Below are positions 26,601-40,120 of a DNA stretch of 64,000 bases, one piece after another. Position 1 is the first letter of the stretch. Every line of letters starts with the position of its first letter. Source of the DNA: Raillietiella orientalis. Lineage: Eukaryota. The notes under the pieces were generated by a model. That model did not search any database and was not told the DNA's origin. It saw nothing but the letters and a program-made list of their open reading frames with translations. The stretch lies in the NCBI GenBank assembly GCA_036172245.1, contig JAYWIR010000020.1:1116001-1180000 (forward strand), given 5' to 3'. A program made the translations under genes and the position numbers.

Positions 26601-27300
26601 TATCGAATAAGAAAGACCCATTCCGCAATGATGGTCTCGTCGACTCACAAAAGTCACCAAATGCGCCCTCTGTCTGCGGTTTTCCGTGGTCTCAGATCTT
26701 CGTGTGGGTTGCGTTTCCCGCGCATCGCGACTCTTCTTGTCTGCGAGTGCCAGTTCCGGTCTCGTAGCAGCCGCCGAGGGGAGCGGGAAATTTTGTAGAG
26801 TTTCCTCTGATCACCGGGGAGCAATCTCGGGAGAGAAATCCTTTTCACCGACCACTGCCTCTCGGATGCCGTTCAACATATTCTTGGGAAAGTCCTTTGT
26901 GCTCGACAATTTGGTTCTTGCAATCCAAACACAGGAATCAGGTGACTTGGTTCCGTTCTATTTTCTTCGCAGCTCTCCCTGTGTCTTGTTCGCAAATGCC
27001 TGAAGAATTCTCCCCCCTGCTCCTCTTTCCGAAACGTCCAAACATCCAAATATCGTCGCAGGGACGAAGACGTTTGGACGCAGGCAAAAATCGATCCTGA
27101 GGTTTTTCCACACGAATCGCAAGTCAGGAATTCACTCGAGTCCATTCTCCGAACGGAGGACGTTCGTTCTGGTCGAGTTCTTTAGGCATGGTACCACAGG
27201 CACCGTGGAAAACCGATCCGCACCTTCGAGGAGTCGCTTCATTAAGAGCCTCGCAGATCAAGGCCGTCCATCAGTTGCGCCTGCTGCAGGGCTTCAAATT
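23650..27300 (-). mobile_element. Decayed, probably internally deleted APE-type non-LTR retrotransposon (L1/Tx1-like architecture)
   Basis: Collinear frameshifted motifs on the minus strand. Zn-finger-like ORF1 remnants (CDSCGK, RHLRTRH, ~26900-27200). APE-like LLELNIR/GLRDSK (~25960-26000), RWIEC...LIFIVNL (~25590-25660) and GLSAHNQLAV resembling SDH (~25200-25235). C-terminal WNQTTWSLALTLR, LDHIVGIM and LQYETRRVLLR (~23680-24100). The RT core is not recognisable. Confidence 0.55.
26255..26276. repeat. Perfect 11-bp tandem duplication
   Basis: gacctgcaagt x2. Confidence 0.9.
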
Positions 27301-28899
27301 GCTTCGCGGATTGAACTCGATCCGAGCAACGTAGCCGGAAATCTTATTTACATGGGAAGAGTGATGAGAGTCATAAACGCTAATTGCTGGTAAATGATCT
27401 CCCCGCTTCACTCCGTGGCCTCAGTGGAGATTAATAATTCAGATGAGAGAATCCAATACTCCTTTTCTTGCAGTAACGTTGCGGGAGGGACCAAATTAAC
27501 CCATGTGATTGGCCAGGATGGGAACCTCGCAGGCGAGAACGGATCTGTTTGCACATGCAGCTTGACGTGCAGAGTCCGCTGATCTTCCAGGTTTCCCTGG
27601 AGCAGGCAGCGACTCCAGTCTTCACTCTAACGTCGACTGCCCCCCACCTTGGGAAACCGCTGCTGCCGCAAACGGAGCTGTCGAGAGAGCACGTACCTCC
27701 GCGCGACCACCTGTCGACTCGCTCAGTTCGTCTCCCGGCTCGCGCCGCCGCTTTGGCAGTCCGGGTGGTTTCTCGGGTTCGCAGACGCCTCCACCCAGTC
27801 TCCTCCGATTCCTCTGAGGTGTGGCGAATCGTCCATCAAGGAGTCGAGGGTCGGATGGAATGACCGTCTCCAGAGCATGGAGGATGGGAATCCCGCTTCT
27901 CGGACCTTGTCTTTCCGTACTCTCTTGCCGCCTAACGCAGCGGTTCCCGCGAGCAGCACTGACTCCGGTTTTATCGCGGAGCTTGTGAGGAAACGGAGCA
28001 GCAGCGATCGTCGAAGACTCGGGCAGCACCGCGAAATCTGGACTTGACTTCCTCGGGGAAGACCGGGTTCAGCAGCGAAAAAGCCTCTGCACGTTGAACC
28101 GTGAAAGGCGAGCTAAAAGTCGTTGCAGCGGATGCTGCTCTCGATGCGTCCCTGGTGGAATTTTCGCGCGAAAAGAGAAAACAGACATTCCAGAGGAACA
28201 GAGGATGTGAAGAAACAGCTGCAGAGGAAAGCAAACCGCGAGCAGCCGGTGGCTCTTTTAAATCCACGGGCTCTACCTGTCATCTGACTGACCTTGAGCC
28301 GACATAAAACTGAGCTCGCCTCTGCGGTCCCTGAAAAATGAAGAGGAGGAAGACGTGCAGAAGCTTCTTCGAGGTAAACTGTTTTACATGCTGGGAGCTA
28401 GTAAGTTTGGAGCGAATTCCGCAAACTTCCCCGAGGTACGCTCCCCGGACACATGTCGTCGTCGCTCCACGTTCTCACGAGGCCGGGACTTCGTGTTGGC
28501 GAGCAAGCACGCGATCTGCTTGCGAGCTGATCTCTCCCCCCAGGGATTTTCATTCCCTCCTTACGCCTCAACGAGTCGGAACCCGCCTCTTCCCTCCTAG
28601 GACGTCCTCCGGAAGCCTTCGGGCTGAAGATCTTCAAGCGCAACGCGCCCTCGACCTCGGAACTTCGGGAACCTTCCCGAGCTCGCAGAGACAATCGATA
28701 TGGATCAATGGGCAGCGGATCAGCGTGCGATTAAAGGGAACCCTTTGCGGAGGAGTCAGGTTGAAAAATCTCGGAGTTCACTTGTTCCCCCCTTCCTCCT
28801 TCCCTACGGCGACGCGCCTCCCTTCTCGCTGCCCCGCCCGTTTCTCGAACAGAATGGCGCAAAGAGCCCGCTGCCAGATGCGCCCATCCCTGGATCTCC

Positions 28900-29420
28900 A
28901 GCTTCGACAGCATTCGAGGTGACTTCCCGGTTCAGAGCTCGGGAAAAGTTGCTGCCTGAGGGCATTCAGAATGCTTCGGGATTTCTCCCTATCATTAGGG
29001 AGGAACTCGCGCGGGAATTCGTTCCGCCTTGGAAGCTGGAAGAGGTGCCGCAAGTTGGGGTCTTGGCCGCTTCCTCCAGCTCTCCCTAGCACAACTTACC
29101 GCGTGCTGACCTCCGGGACGCCCCGAGCCGCGGGGCTCTCGACGACTCCGGAACAGGAGTGGCGGTTGGAAAGGAGGCAGGTGAAGCTCAGGGAAGCCTC
29201 AGCGTAGGAATGTGGCAAGGGGAGGAAGGTCACGAACGCGACATCGACATTTACGGACTTCTGGATGCGGGCTGCACCCGAACTACGGGCACCTGGAGCA
29301 AAGGCCACGTCCATCATGTGCGGCCCCGCGGAGGGCGTTTTCGAGTCTTCGGCTCAACGACCATCACACGAGTAATAGAAGTGCATCGCGCGGTGCTGCT
29401 GACCCCAGGGTACCGCCCGA
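28900..29420 (+). mobile_element. Possible LTR-retrotransposon (BEL/Pao-like) gag-protease remnant
   Basis: IYGLLDAGCTRT (DAG at 29264-29272; the GCG codon is one change from ACG or TCG) followed by FRVFG, with upstream FLPIIREELAREF...W. Confidence 0.3.
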
Positions 29421-32420
29421 GCATGCATCGCCCCAACAGTCGTGAGAGTAGTGACCAAGTACGGGAGTTCCAAGGTGGTGCCGTTTCCGTTGCCCTGAGC
29501 GACCAGACGTTTCATACGAGGCGGTGCAATGCTCCTGCGCTTTACGGATGGCTCTCCTGTTTAATTCCTGCGTAGAGTGAGGCCAGTTGATGACGGCAGC
29601 GCACGCGTTGCATCATCCATAGAGGAGACCAGAAATGTCTGGGATCGTTGCAGGACCTCCCTCGCCTCCTCTACCTCACTCTCGCGACCCCTCGACGTTC
29701 ACCCTTTCAGATATGGAGCACCATAGCTCAAAAGAATGAAAATGCAGCCAACCTCATCAGCTTTTCGGTTCCAAACCTCTCCCAAATAACAGACACCCAG
29801 AAAAACTCTTCATTGTGAGGAAATTTTCAGTGTGGAAACCTCACTTTGTTCGTTACCCCGTGCACTTGCCGTAGCTGCTTATGAAGCCAGCATTACTCGT
29901 ATTTGATGCCTGAGATGCGGTTCAGCAATATGTTTATGGCATCGACTGGCTACTCTTATAGGCACTGTTTACCGAGCTCTACTAAACTCATTAAGTATTT
30001 AAGCCAATTATACTTATTAAGAAAACACAAGAGATAAATTTGGCAAGCCGCGGGAGGAATTTCTTGGAATTTCGGAGAAACAATCGCCATGGAAATCATT
30101 TATCATCATTGTATAAATTTTTTGGCTCTGGACCTCACAGTTTCAGGAAGTCAGAACCACGTTACGACCGCTGCTCCCATGGACACCGTCTCTTTGCATG
30201 GTTTGAATATTATACAAGTGTAATAATAACAAACGCTTCTACAGCTGGGTCCAGAATTATTAAATTCCGAAAGGAAGGAAGCCATATGGTTGCAGCATCC
30301 ATAGCTAGCGCACACCACATGCAGCTATGTGTCATCAAGTGCCCAAAGTTCTGGATGCACATTTTCTATGCAGCTTTCTTTCTTTCTTTCTTTTTTTTTG
30401 CTTCTCCACGAGCAGGAAAGCAGTATTTTCCGGATTTTCGAGGAAATTAACAAAAAGAAAGGCAATATGAGGATGCAAACAAAGAGCAGAAGGGAGAGAA
30501 AGAGATAGTAGGGAAACATCTTGAGACGAAAACTGCAAAAGTCGACAATAACTGCAGAGAACTGCAAGGTGACATTTTGGGAAGGCGAATGATCCTGACA
30601 ATAAGCTCGAGAGGAAAAATGGTAGCTGCAGCAGCAATAGCTCTAATTAAGAATGAGGAAGACAACTGCCATTTTCCGATCATGGTCAAGTTCTGAGTTC
30701 TCGTTAAGTGCGGTCCAGAGCACATCCAATGTATTTTCCTGAATCGGATGTGGCCATCAGCAAGTTACACCTCCATAAGTGTTTTGTGTGTTGCACGCGA
30801 ATGTGCGATGTTTGCTCCACGGATCCTTCAACAAGAGATTATGGATATGAGGAGTCCTCGGTACACTGAAGGATGCATTTGCTCCAGGGTTTCTTTGTCG
30901 ACAAGGAACTTCTTTAACAGTGACGCTGTTCCATTCCAATCAAGAATGTGGAACGTGCTTTCGATAGATCTTTTCATCATGGATTTCCGAACTGACACTG
31001 GACATTAAGGCCCTGCACCTGTCAATGAAATACAAGTACAGAATTGGGAAGGTCAGTTTCCACGGACAGTGATGATAGCGCCATCACATTCTTTATTTGC
31101 TTCTGCTGAAGGTTCTCCAACTTCCCGACAGCATGCCATTCTTTACTGTATGAAGAAGAGCAGTCCCGGAGTATTTTGTTTGAGAATCGAGGACGTCACT
31201 GATTTCACGCTAGGGAAAAGCTGCTGTTTGCTGAAGAAAGAGGATACGATGCCAAATATACAGGAGAAGAGAAAGGTATGATCCTTCTCGCCCTTCTTCG
31301 GCAGACCGATATATAGACCATTAAAGAAGGCTTGACTTAACAGAAATGAAAGAGCGAGTACAGCTGTTTGATCCTCAAAGAGAATAGAGCCTCATTTGGA
31401 AGAGCAGTCATGATCACACAAGGAGCTCGAGACTTCCCGATTCAAGCAAATTGCTTTTTCGGTTTATCGTGCTAGGGATGCTCTTAAAAGCAGCTCTGAG
31501 ATTAGTTCTACAGGGTTTCTGTGAAGAGAAAAAATCATCAAATCAGGGAACCAAGGAACGCTCGTCGAAATTCTTGTAAAGTTCTTCGTCGTGCAGAATG
31601 CTGCTGAACCGGTGATGCAAGCATAGAGATGCAACTGGCTTAAGAAAACGGGAAGCGGAACGAGACTCTGGAAGACAAGGGAATCCAACAGAAGGTGTTT
31701 CTTCTCTTAAGAGAAGTTAAAAATTGCGAGACAATAATTCCGCATAATAATTAAAGGCACTCTCCTCAAAAACTGGAAGACCCAACTACGAAGTATTTGC
31801 CCCAAATCATATCGAGATGATGAAAGTCTATCTAGTCAATCTTGTTTGGAGGCAGCGGCAGGGAACTTGAAAATCAATATTTATCAGGAAGATAGATTTT
31901 GTTGATGAGATTTCTCACAAAGGCAAATATAGACCTTAACTGAAACCTCGGTTTGGCTAATTAAAAAAAATAAAAAAAGGGATAGGCTACACCTTCGGAT
32001 CCAAGATCGAAGAGGAGGAAAAAGAGTAAGGCCCCGAGGCAATTTCGGATTTATTATTCACCACCGCATAGTGAGTCCCTGTTTATCGCAACTGCGCCGC
32101 CGAGGGCAGGACTTTTGCTTCACGGAAAAAGAGCTAGTGCTGTAAAAGAAGTGAAAGTGCACGGTTTCTGAACCCAGGAATCCAAATCAAAGCGGATTTC
32201 GTGCCGAAGTGTACGGGAAGCATTGAATTGCAATGATCAAACAGCATATGTTATGGGCAAATGGCGATGCTTGAAGACATAACAAAGTCTTTGTTACCAG
32301 GATTGAGGATCAGACTGTCTTCTAAAAATAATGAGAAACAGGTCTGAGAAGCCGATAACGAATTGTGAAAGATTCTTTCAGAATCTTCCAAGTTATGGAA
32401 GGCTATCCTGACAAAGAATA

Positions 32421-32453
32421 CCTTCTAACTAATGGTAACCATCAGTTAGAAGG
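32421..32453. repeat. Quasi-palindrome, 15/16 bp arms
   Basis: ccttctaactaatggt-a-accatcagttagaagg. Confidence 0.9.
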
Positions 32454-32490
32454 CATTCATTGTCACTGATGGTCACCATTAACTTTTATC

Positions 32491-32617
32491 GACTTTGAAT
32501 CACTGGAGAAGTTAGAATAGAGCCTTTAAGAACTAATTATTCCTCGAGCCAACCTGTACTCTATCCCGCTGTGATATTTTACCATGAGCCACCACTCATG
32601 GCTTGGAATCTCGTACG
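32491..32617 (+). repeat. Second diverged copy of the SINE-like repeat body
   Basis: Ordered blocks gaYtttgaa, cttta, acctgt, ttttaccatgag and ttgga...tacg are shared with the reverse complement of 49870-50010. Confidence 0.35.
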
Positions 32618-33349
32618 AATACTAAACAGTAGTTTTCTGAATATGGAAACGTAGAATCAAAACAGTGTAGTTCGAGAAAGGATTCGGGATCGGATCACAT
32701 ATTGATTCTAAGCGACTGAGACTTTCAGCGTTCAGCAATTGACATTCTTCATATTCGGTAGTGTAATCTAAACTGTACTCCAGGTCTGTATACTTTGAAC
32801 TCACTATTGTATCAAGCATTTGACTGGTAAAGTAGATTTGATGGAATCAGTTTTTCTAATGGTAATTAGAGAAGATCTTTGAGAAAAATTTGAGGAATGC
32901 GTTTCGACCATCAACAGTCTTCACCAATGTCATTCTTACCATACTCTGAATGCTCTTTATTCAGCAGTTCTCTCATGATGTGAATGATTATAGATACTGA
33001 GAATAGATCAACTGTCATCAGTAGTCAACAAAGAAAATCCTTTGTAAGTCATTATTCGTACAATGCAAAGTTGGAGACTGGGTCATTTCAACGATGCGCG
33101 CGTCATAGCTGTCTCCTTGCCTGGTCAGCCGTCGCAGCTCTTTGAAATACGAAGAATGAGGAAAATTTTGATAAACCGAAATCGCCAATTCTGATTCCCA
33201 GGAAGTCCGACGTGATTGCATTTCATGGGAATCACCGAATGGTCTTCTAGTTTGTAGCTACTGATGATCACAAACAGCCTCATTGAGTAGTGAATCACAA
33301 AGAGAAGCGTTAATGGAATCGCAAATAATTAGGTGCAATGGTGAAAAAC

Positions 33350-34260
33350 AAAAAGGACCTTGCATGAGGAAGACGGAAATTTCCACAGCACGCAGCAACA
33401 AGTGAATCACTTGTGCAACTTGTACCCTTTGTTCAAAATAACATGCAAAATAATTCTCAGATCTCAGCCAAGGTCCTCCCTTAGAGCAGATTAGGCAAGG
33501 ACTAACTCATCTTGGTATATGCTGCCCACTCGAGATTTAAGAGAAGAATAGATGGACATCTTTGCTGCCAACGATATCTTAGAGTTTCTTTTCTCTCTGA
33601 TAAGTACTCTCATCCATATTCGGGTCTTCAGTTTTCTATGATTTTCTGCTTCTATGGTTACAAAACGATGCAAGAATACTTGGACACAGCTCTTTGGGAA
33701 GGCGAAGAACATAATGACACAGGGAGAGTTCAGAAAGAGAGAAAAACATAGCTCTCTCAGGAGCGCGGAAGCACGCAGTCTGATTTGTGATTGAGAGCCA
33801 AACTATGCCTCCGTGTTCTCTTGTAGCAGCGCAGCTTTCTCTTGAACGAACTCCAAGAGGAGGAATATACAGACCTAAAGATTGAAGGGCAGTAGGATTT
33901 CCGGGAAATCCTTTAAGATCATTATTCTGATTCATCACAAACTATTGGGTGAATCCATTCCTGAAGCAGTCAATAGGAATGGTGAAGAGAGACATCTCTA
34001 AGCGAATGCTATCTGCAAAAACCCATAAGGAGGATTATAGAGATTCCCTCTGAACACAAAAATTTTTCTCCTGGCTTCTGTCTGCTCTGATGCTGCAGAA
34101 AGATCGTTGAATTTGGTCACAATGAGAATTAAACAGCCAAGATGATTCCTGAGGACCCATGCCAACCCTTGAATTTGGCCTTCCTGCAACATCTCTGCAT
34201 TCTTCTTTTGAACGGAGCATGTATCTATGGAAGTGAAGTGCTCATCTTCACGTATGTCCA
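33350..34260 (+). pseudogene. Decayed NACHT/STAND-like NTPase
   Basis: Ordered degenerate motifs with stops and frameshifts: KGPCMRKT (33352-33375, Walker A-like GPxGMGKT), LILVY../PTRDL (~33505-33540), MIFCFYGY (33638-33661, Walker B-like), IALSGARKHA (~33750), LKIEG (~33880) and CQPLNLAFLQHLC (~34160-34200). Confidence 0.35.
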
Positions 34261-37200
34261 GTGAAAAGTGCTCGGGTATGCCAACGAGGATAGACAAAGT
34301 GCGCTTTTCTCTATTAGTGTCCCAATTAAATATACATGAGAAAGAGTGAAACAGTCAAATAAATACAGGTGCTCAGTGCGTGGACGACGGGCAGAATTAC
34401 TTGGACAGCAAAAATGTACATGGATAACGGAAAACTGAGAATCACATATGTATCGCTGCTGCCAAAGTTTAGCAATGGAGGTGGGATAGAAGCGCTTTGG
34501 AAGAAATTATGGAATTTCTGTCTGAATGTTCCTGCCTGCTATTTGCATTCTAAATGCTAGCACGCAGTAGGTAGAATATGGAGCGATCAAATGAACGGGG
34601 GGGGGGGGGGAGAAAGACAGGTCGTTTGCTGGCAGAGGAGCTTTCAAAGGTTACGAGATGAGACACTATGGGGACGGGATTTTTCGGAAGCTTTAAACAC
34701 ACAATCGGACTCCATTTTGCACAAAAGCGAAGGAAGAGAGAAGTTACCCTCGTTCGGTTTTCCGAACGCAATTCTCCCGCAGAAGTCCCAATTTTGCTCT
34801 TCAAAGAGGAATGGAACAACTCAAGAGCAGAGAGCAAGATTAAGGGACTTCGGTACTTGGAATTCTTTGCTGCAGAGGAATTCATCATCCTATCTACCTA
34901 GATTTCTGGTAAGGATTTTTGTTTTCTTTTGAAACTATCCATCCATCGAAACTTTTACCGTCACCATTCCAGCTGAATCTATGGGATGCGTTTTCATCGT
35001 GACAAAACTCCGTTTTTTGAAGCCCGTTTCTTCCTGTTTGTCGGTGGCATTTGACTTTCCACATATTAAGGGGAAACGAACGGTTTTGTCGATGTTCAAA
35101 TAACTTGGCTTTATGAACAGGAAGACCATCGAAAAATTCCCTTTTTCATTCCGCCTTCTTCGCAACAGTGCTTGCTCGGAACTCCTGTTTCAGGGATGCA
35201 CGTAGTGACCAGGCATCCACGGAAAAGAATGAAAAGAATTCCAGCTTCCCTCCTTTCCTCATTTAGTTTTACTTTGCCTGTACACAATTGCGAGCACATT
35301 TGAAAAACCTCAGCTTAAAATTGTTGGTTGATCTGTACACCTAGATAGAGATTAGGATGCGCATGTGAGACCATAAAAATCTTGAAAACAAAAAAAGTTT
35401 TATATATTCTATTGTATGGTCCTAAATTTTTTCGATGAGACACCACTGAAAAGGATCTCTCAAGCTGAGAAGCTTAGACGAAACAGTAATGCGAGATGAG
35501 CCCCGAATTGGCAGCGAACATCATTCATTGAAACAAACGTTTTTGGAGGCCGCACTTCACTTCATAGACGACATTTACCCTACTTTTTGATTAGCCAGAG
35601 GAAGCTGAACTGAGTTAAAAATAAGGAAACTCAAACAGTTGTTTCCAAGATGAACCTGCCAAAATCTTTGCGTAGTTCTGTTCGAAGAAGGCTTACTCAA
35701 ATACACTGTTCGTCATTATCATTAAAGCCATGTGATTGGATCATGGCAATAAGATTCTATCCTCATATCAAACCAAAGCACATGCTATTCGAAACACGCC
35801 CAGGACCCAACCCAGGCATCTGAAAAGAGAATCTTCTCGTTCCATCTCCTCTTCCACAACAGTAGCCGTTCGCAGTGTTAAACAGTGAGAAGACTTTCGA
35901 GCTATGAAATCTGAAGCACTGGATGCCATCAAACAGCAATCACAGGAAGGACGTTTGGAAAAATGTTACACGAATGAGGTGCTCCAAGTCACTGCTCTGA
36001 AGGTATCAACCTTCCCTGTGCTTCCCAATATTCCCCATACCAGCAAAGGGAATGCACACATGTTGGGGTCATAGACATCGAACAATGGGATCCCGGTCAG
36101 GGAATCCACATCAGATAAAAATGCCAATTTAGAAGCACCAAGCTGGACATGTGTGTTTGGATAGATAAAGACAACCAGAGACAGGCAGCACAGGCAGAGA
36201 CCAATCGCCCGAAGCATTCATCGGTTTAAGCGACCTAGGAAGACAAGTGCCGAGCACTTGTGTACTGGAAATGGCTTCCAAATACGTTTTCAGTGCACAA
36301 AACGGCTGGTGACCTCGGACAGTCACAATTCTGCCGTTATCTAGTCATCATAATTTCTGGCCAAATGGCTTTCGAAACAAAAAGTGTTCGAAAAATAGAG
36401 AAACTTGGGAAGTATGCCAATGCAAAAGCCCTAGTCTTGTTCTCCTAGCTTGCCTAGTTGCCTGGAAAACCACGTTCAGGAAATCTTATTTTGACAAAGG
36501 CTTTCCAAAAACAAGCACTTTTGGTAAGAGTGATCCAATTCTTACGATGAGGACAAAGTCATATGCCCCCCTTTCCCTGGCAAATACCCGCTGACCAAAC
36601 GAAGAATGTTTCTAAGGTGCAGGCAGATAACACGGAATGCAGAACAGTTTCCTCTAATCTCCAATCTGCATCCTCTTTATAGAGGAATTATTTCTTAAAG
36701 TTTTCATAACCCCTACTGCAGGCATCTTGTAGCACACCTTAATGCAACTGTGAGGCCAGTAGTGTGAAAATGGAAATGACGCCATCCCCACAGATGTGTT
36801 GCATCCTGCTTTTTCATTCGATCTCCTGAACGCGGAGTATTCATAAACAAAAATTCAAAGATTGCATCTGAACGAGAAGATACATGTCTTCCCTTTATCA
36901 ATTTCCTGCACCAGTTGCATTCTGGTCTTGAAACTGGTTGGCTCCCTTTTTCCATGGGTAACTGAAAGCGGCACGCCAACACAAAAACAGTACAGCACTC
37001 CTTTCTGAACTCGGGTTTCATACAGAACCCGGTGCCAGTTTGTGACGCATTGGAGGTCCATCAGCGGATGCACAATGGCATTCTATCTGCACGCTCGCTA
37101 AGGAATCCTGAACCACCTGTGAAGCCGGAAGTCTGCTTCTCTCGCTACGGATGCTGTACCGAAATAAGAGCAAAGCTCTGTCTTTTTGCTCCTCACTCCG

Positions 37201-39849
37201 TAACCTCCATAACCTCAAGTTTTGAAATAAAAAAGATCTGAACTCCGAAAGGGAATGCATTCTGGGTTATTTCCACGTTTTTCTCGAATATGAAATGTCT
37301 GATTACCAGCCTTCCTCCCTCGTTCTCCGCAAAAACGAAGATCCAAAAGAAGGAAGCTTTCACTGTGGCCCAGAATCTCCTTAACACTGCGTTTTTTTTC
37401 CTCGAGGGAGTGCCCTTCCGTGCATGGAGACGGACTCGGCAGTTAACGTCTAACTCGCTCGAGTTTTCTTTCAGCGACCCCTCAACTCAAGAAAGCAGAG
37501 GAAGAGATGGTTTTTCTTCCTGACGAATCATAAACTCTACAGATTTAGAGAGCGGGATGCGGCTTGCTAAACAGACGAGGAAAACGAAAGTGCTCGTTTG
37601 AGGTGCCCCATTGCGGTAATGTGTTTACCAGTTCATTGCATTCATTTACAAACGACCCCTTTCCTCATTTTCTTCGAGAGCGTACGAGGGTGACATCTTG
37701 GTTTCATTATCACGATCTCTTGTCCTTTCCTTTCTCAAACTCGAGCTCCCGTGTGATACAGCTTTCTATGTGAAGGGAAAGAGTTTTTCTGTGGAGATCG
37801 ATTTTTCGGATCTCTGCATTCGGAAAGCACACTCGAGCCGGAGAACACGAACGTGTTGGGGAAGGTTTATTGGTGGTTTCCAAAGTGTTGCGCCATTTCG
37901 AGTTTCAGAAAAGGCACCTTCATTCTAATTGCAGACGCAAACTGCCGCCGCATTTTGTGTATACGAGTCTCGCCTGATCTCTGGAACGGAGTACGCCATT
38001 TTTTTTCCCCAGGCATCTGGGGGGAAAGCATCTCTCTGTTGCAAATCCAGCAGGATTTTTCGTCTGGACGCGGCTGTTCGGGTGGACGAAACCGCACCGC
38101 AGCTGGGTCGTCGCAGAACGTCTCCGACGAATTCGACGGTCAAATCGGTTTTGTGAAGTCCCGAGGCAGTGAGTCGCAGCCAAGGCACACACGACGAACA
38201 CAGGTTTGCTTGCCTGACTACAGGGAATCCAGCGGAAGGCCCGACGTTTCCCCCCTTCTCCATTGCGCTTTCTTTGCAGCCTTTCAAGACCGTCTTCCGA
38301 AGAGATCCCTTGAATATTTGAATCCAAACTTTCATGCAAAAGTTATGTCCTGAACAAGGTTTCCCGAAGACAAAATTGGAAATGCCGAGTTGAAGGAATC
38401 CGTTGCTCCCCGACCTGACCATCACGATCCTTCACGGGGAACGCAGTAACTGCCAGTTTGAGACAATGCCACCGTGTGGCCTTCTGGAGCTTCTACCTGC
38501 TCGACGGATGGAAAATTTTTCAAGAACGGCTGCAATCTGCTTGTCATCTGCACTTGCCTGGTCCCATGGAACCGAATCCTTGGTGTGAAAAACACATGCA
38601 ACTTTTTCCAAGGCTCTTCTGCCCGATTTCCGTCAAACTAGCAACGGCCTCTGCATCCTCGGAATACATACAAGATGAGCACGCACTTCTCATGAAGTCA
38701 CATACTGATAGAGATGCTAACGCACTGCTTTAGAACTCAGCATTTTAAAGTCCCCCCCCCCCAAACACATACATTCAGACCATGGATGGTTGCAAGCTCC
38801 AGACTTTCCAAAATCCTGCAAATGGAAACTGTACCAAGAGCGGTCAAGTGACAACGCGGTGATTGAGAAAGGCGGTTCTTCAGACCACGCTTCGCCCGCT
38901 GAATTTTCAGCTTCCAGCTGGAAAACGGCTTCCGCGGTGTGCAGAAGATTCGAATGTTTGTGCTTGGACCCATTCCGCTTTTGCTTCTCCATGCCAACTA
39001 GGAGTGATTGTGCTCCCTCTTCTCTGCCTTCCTTTTCCTCTTTTAATTCAACATCTGTCCTTCCTTTGTGCTTGTCGCCATTTGTGAGGGCTACAAAGCA
39101 CGATTCTTCGATTGCATCCGATGAGTGTCCGTGGCGTGCTCTGCGGGACTCCCCCGGATGCGGTATTTGTCCCGACAGTTTACTTTCTTTTTGTTTTTGG
39201 CACGTTTTTTTTGGAGCTGCTTCCGTTTCTTCGAACAGAAATGGAAAATTTTGCTTTCCTTCGTGTGCTTGCTCTCCTGCATCATCTTGAGAGCTGCTGT
39301 ACAAGACGTCATTATGAAACGTTGCTGCTCGTGCAGGACATTCTCAAACTGCCCGTTAAATTGCTCGAGGATTGCGATTCTTGTATCTTTCTTTCTTCAA
39401 AAGTTCCCGTCTGTTTCGGTGGTGCCGATTTCGAGCTGAGTTTGGAAAAAGTCAGCGTTTTCGAAAAAGGAGATGGTTTCGGCGCGAAAAGGTCATGGGA
39501 CGGAAATCTCTTGGGGCACGAAAACGACCACCCCGTCCACTCTAACGGAATAAGAAAACGTCCTCCCAAAAGGTAGCATTGACGAACACAAGTTAAGACT
39601 TGCGAAGACATACGCATACCTTCCTCCGGGTGCGCATTTCCTGGGTGCCATTCATTGTACACACTTTTTGTCAACTGGATCAGCCTGTCTCTCACAACCG
39701 TGGAGGCACATCTTTCCTCAAGGGATGCTCTTCAAAGCCCCTTGGTCGTCGCGGCACAACAAATAAACAATCTGCTCGCGGCCATAGTTTTTTTTTTTTT
39801 CTCGAGCCCGGATCGATGAACACAGGAATCGTGCACGTGATCTGTGATA

Positions 39850-40120
39850 CAGCCTCGTATGCTCCCCGAACTGCGTCGCTCGAAGCCTCGTGGCACCGCG
39901 CTGCGGTAACCCGCAGCATGCCTGTCGCTGCTTCAACAGATGGCGCACTCGAGGGGTCCCCATTCCGCGTCGAACTCGTGGCCCACCGAGCTCGTCGAGC
40001 ACATGGAGCCGAGGATGTGGCACCACTGTCGAAAGAACGCAAGAAGCACGGGGTCTTCTTCAGCGGTCGGCGCCGAATGCTACAGTCAAAGCGAAACGTT
40101 CTGATGTCATTTCTGGTCAC
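39850..40120 (-). mobile_element. Possible LTR-retrotransposon (Ty3/gypsy-like) aspartic protease remnant
   Basis: ORF 39692-40120 contains CFLRSFDSGATSS (DSG at 40030-40022) followed by flap-like SVEAATGMLRV. It lies downstream of a GC-rich block (to ~41700) that could be gag. Confidence 0.35.

Noticed and set aside
32620..34300. Minus-strand reading as an endogenous negative-strand RNA virus polymerase fragment
   Set aside because: No SDD/GDN motif and only vague resemblance; the plus-strand NACHT-like reading explains more motifs.
34597..34610. G14 run (and C14 at 58616-58629) as G-quadruplex elements
   Set aside because: Simple homopolymers with no functional context; lengths are error-prone.
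35966..36217. 83-aa ORF with signal-peptide-like N-terminus
   Set aside because: No recognisable domain or gene structure; hydrophobic starts arise easily by chance.
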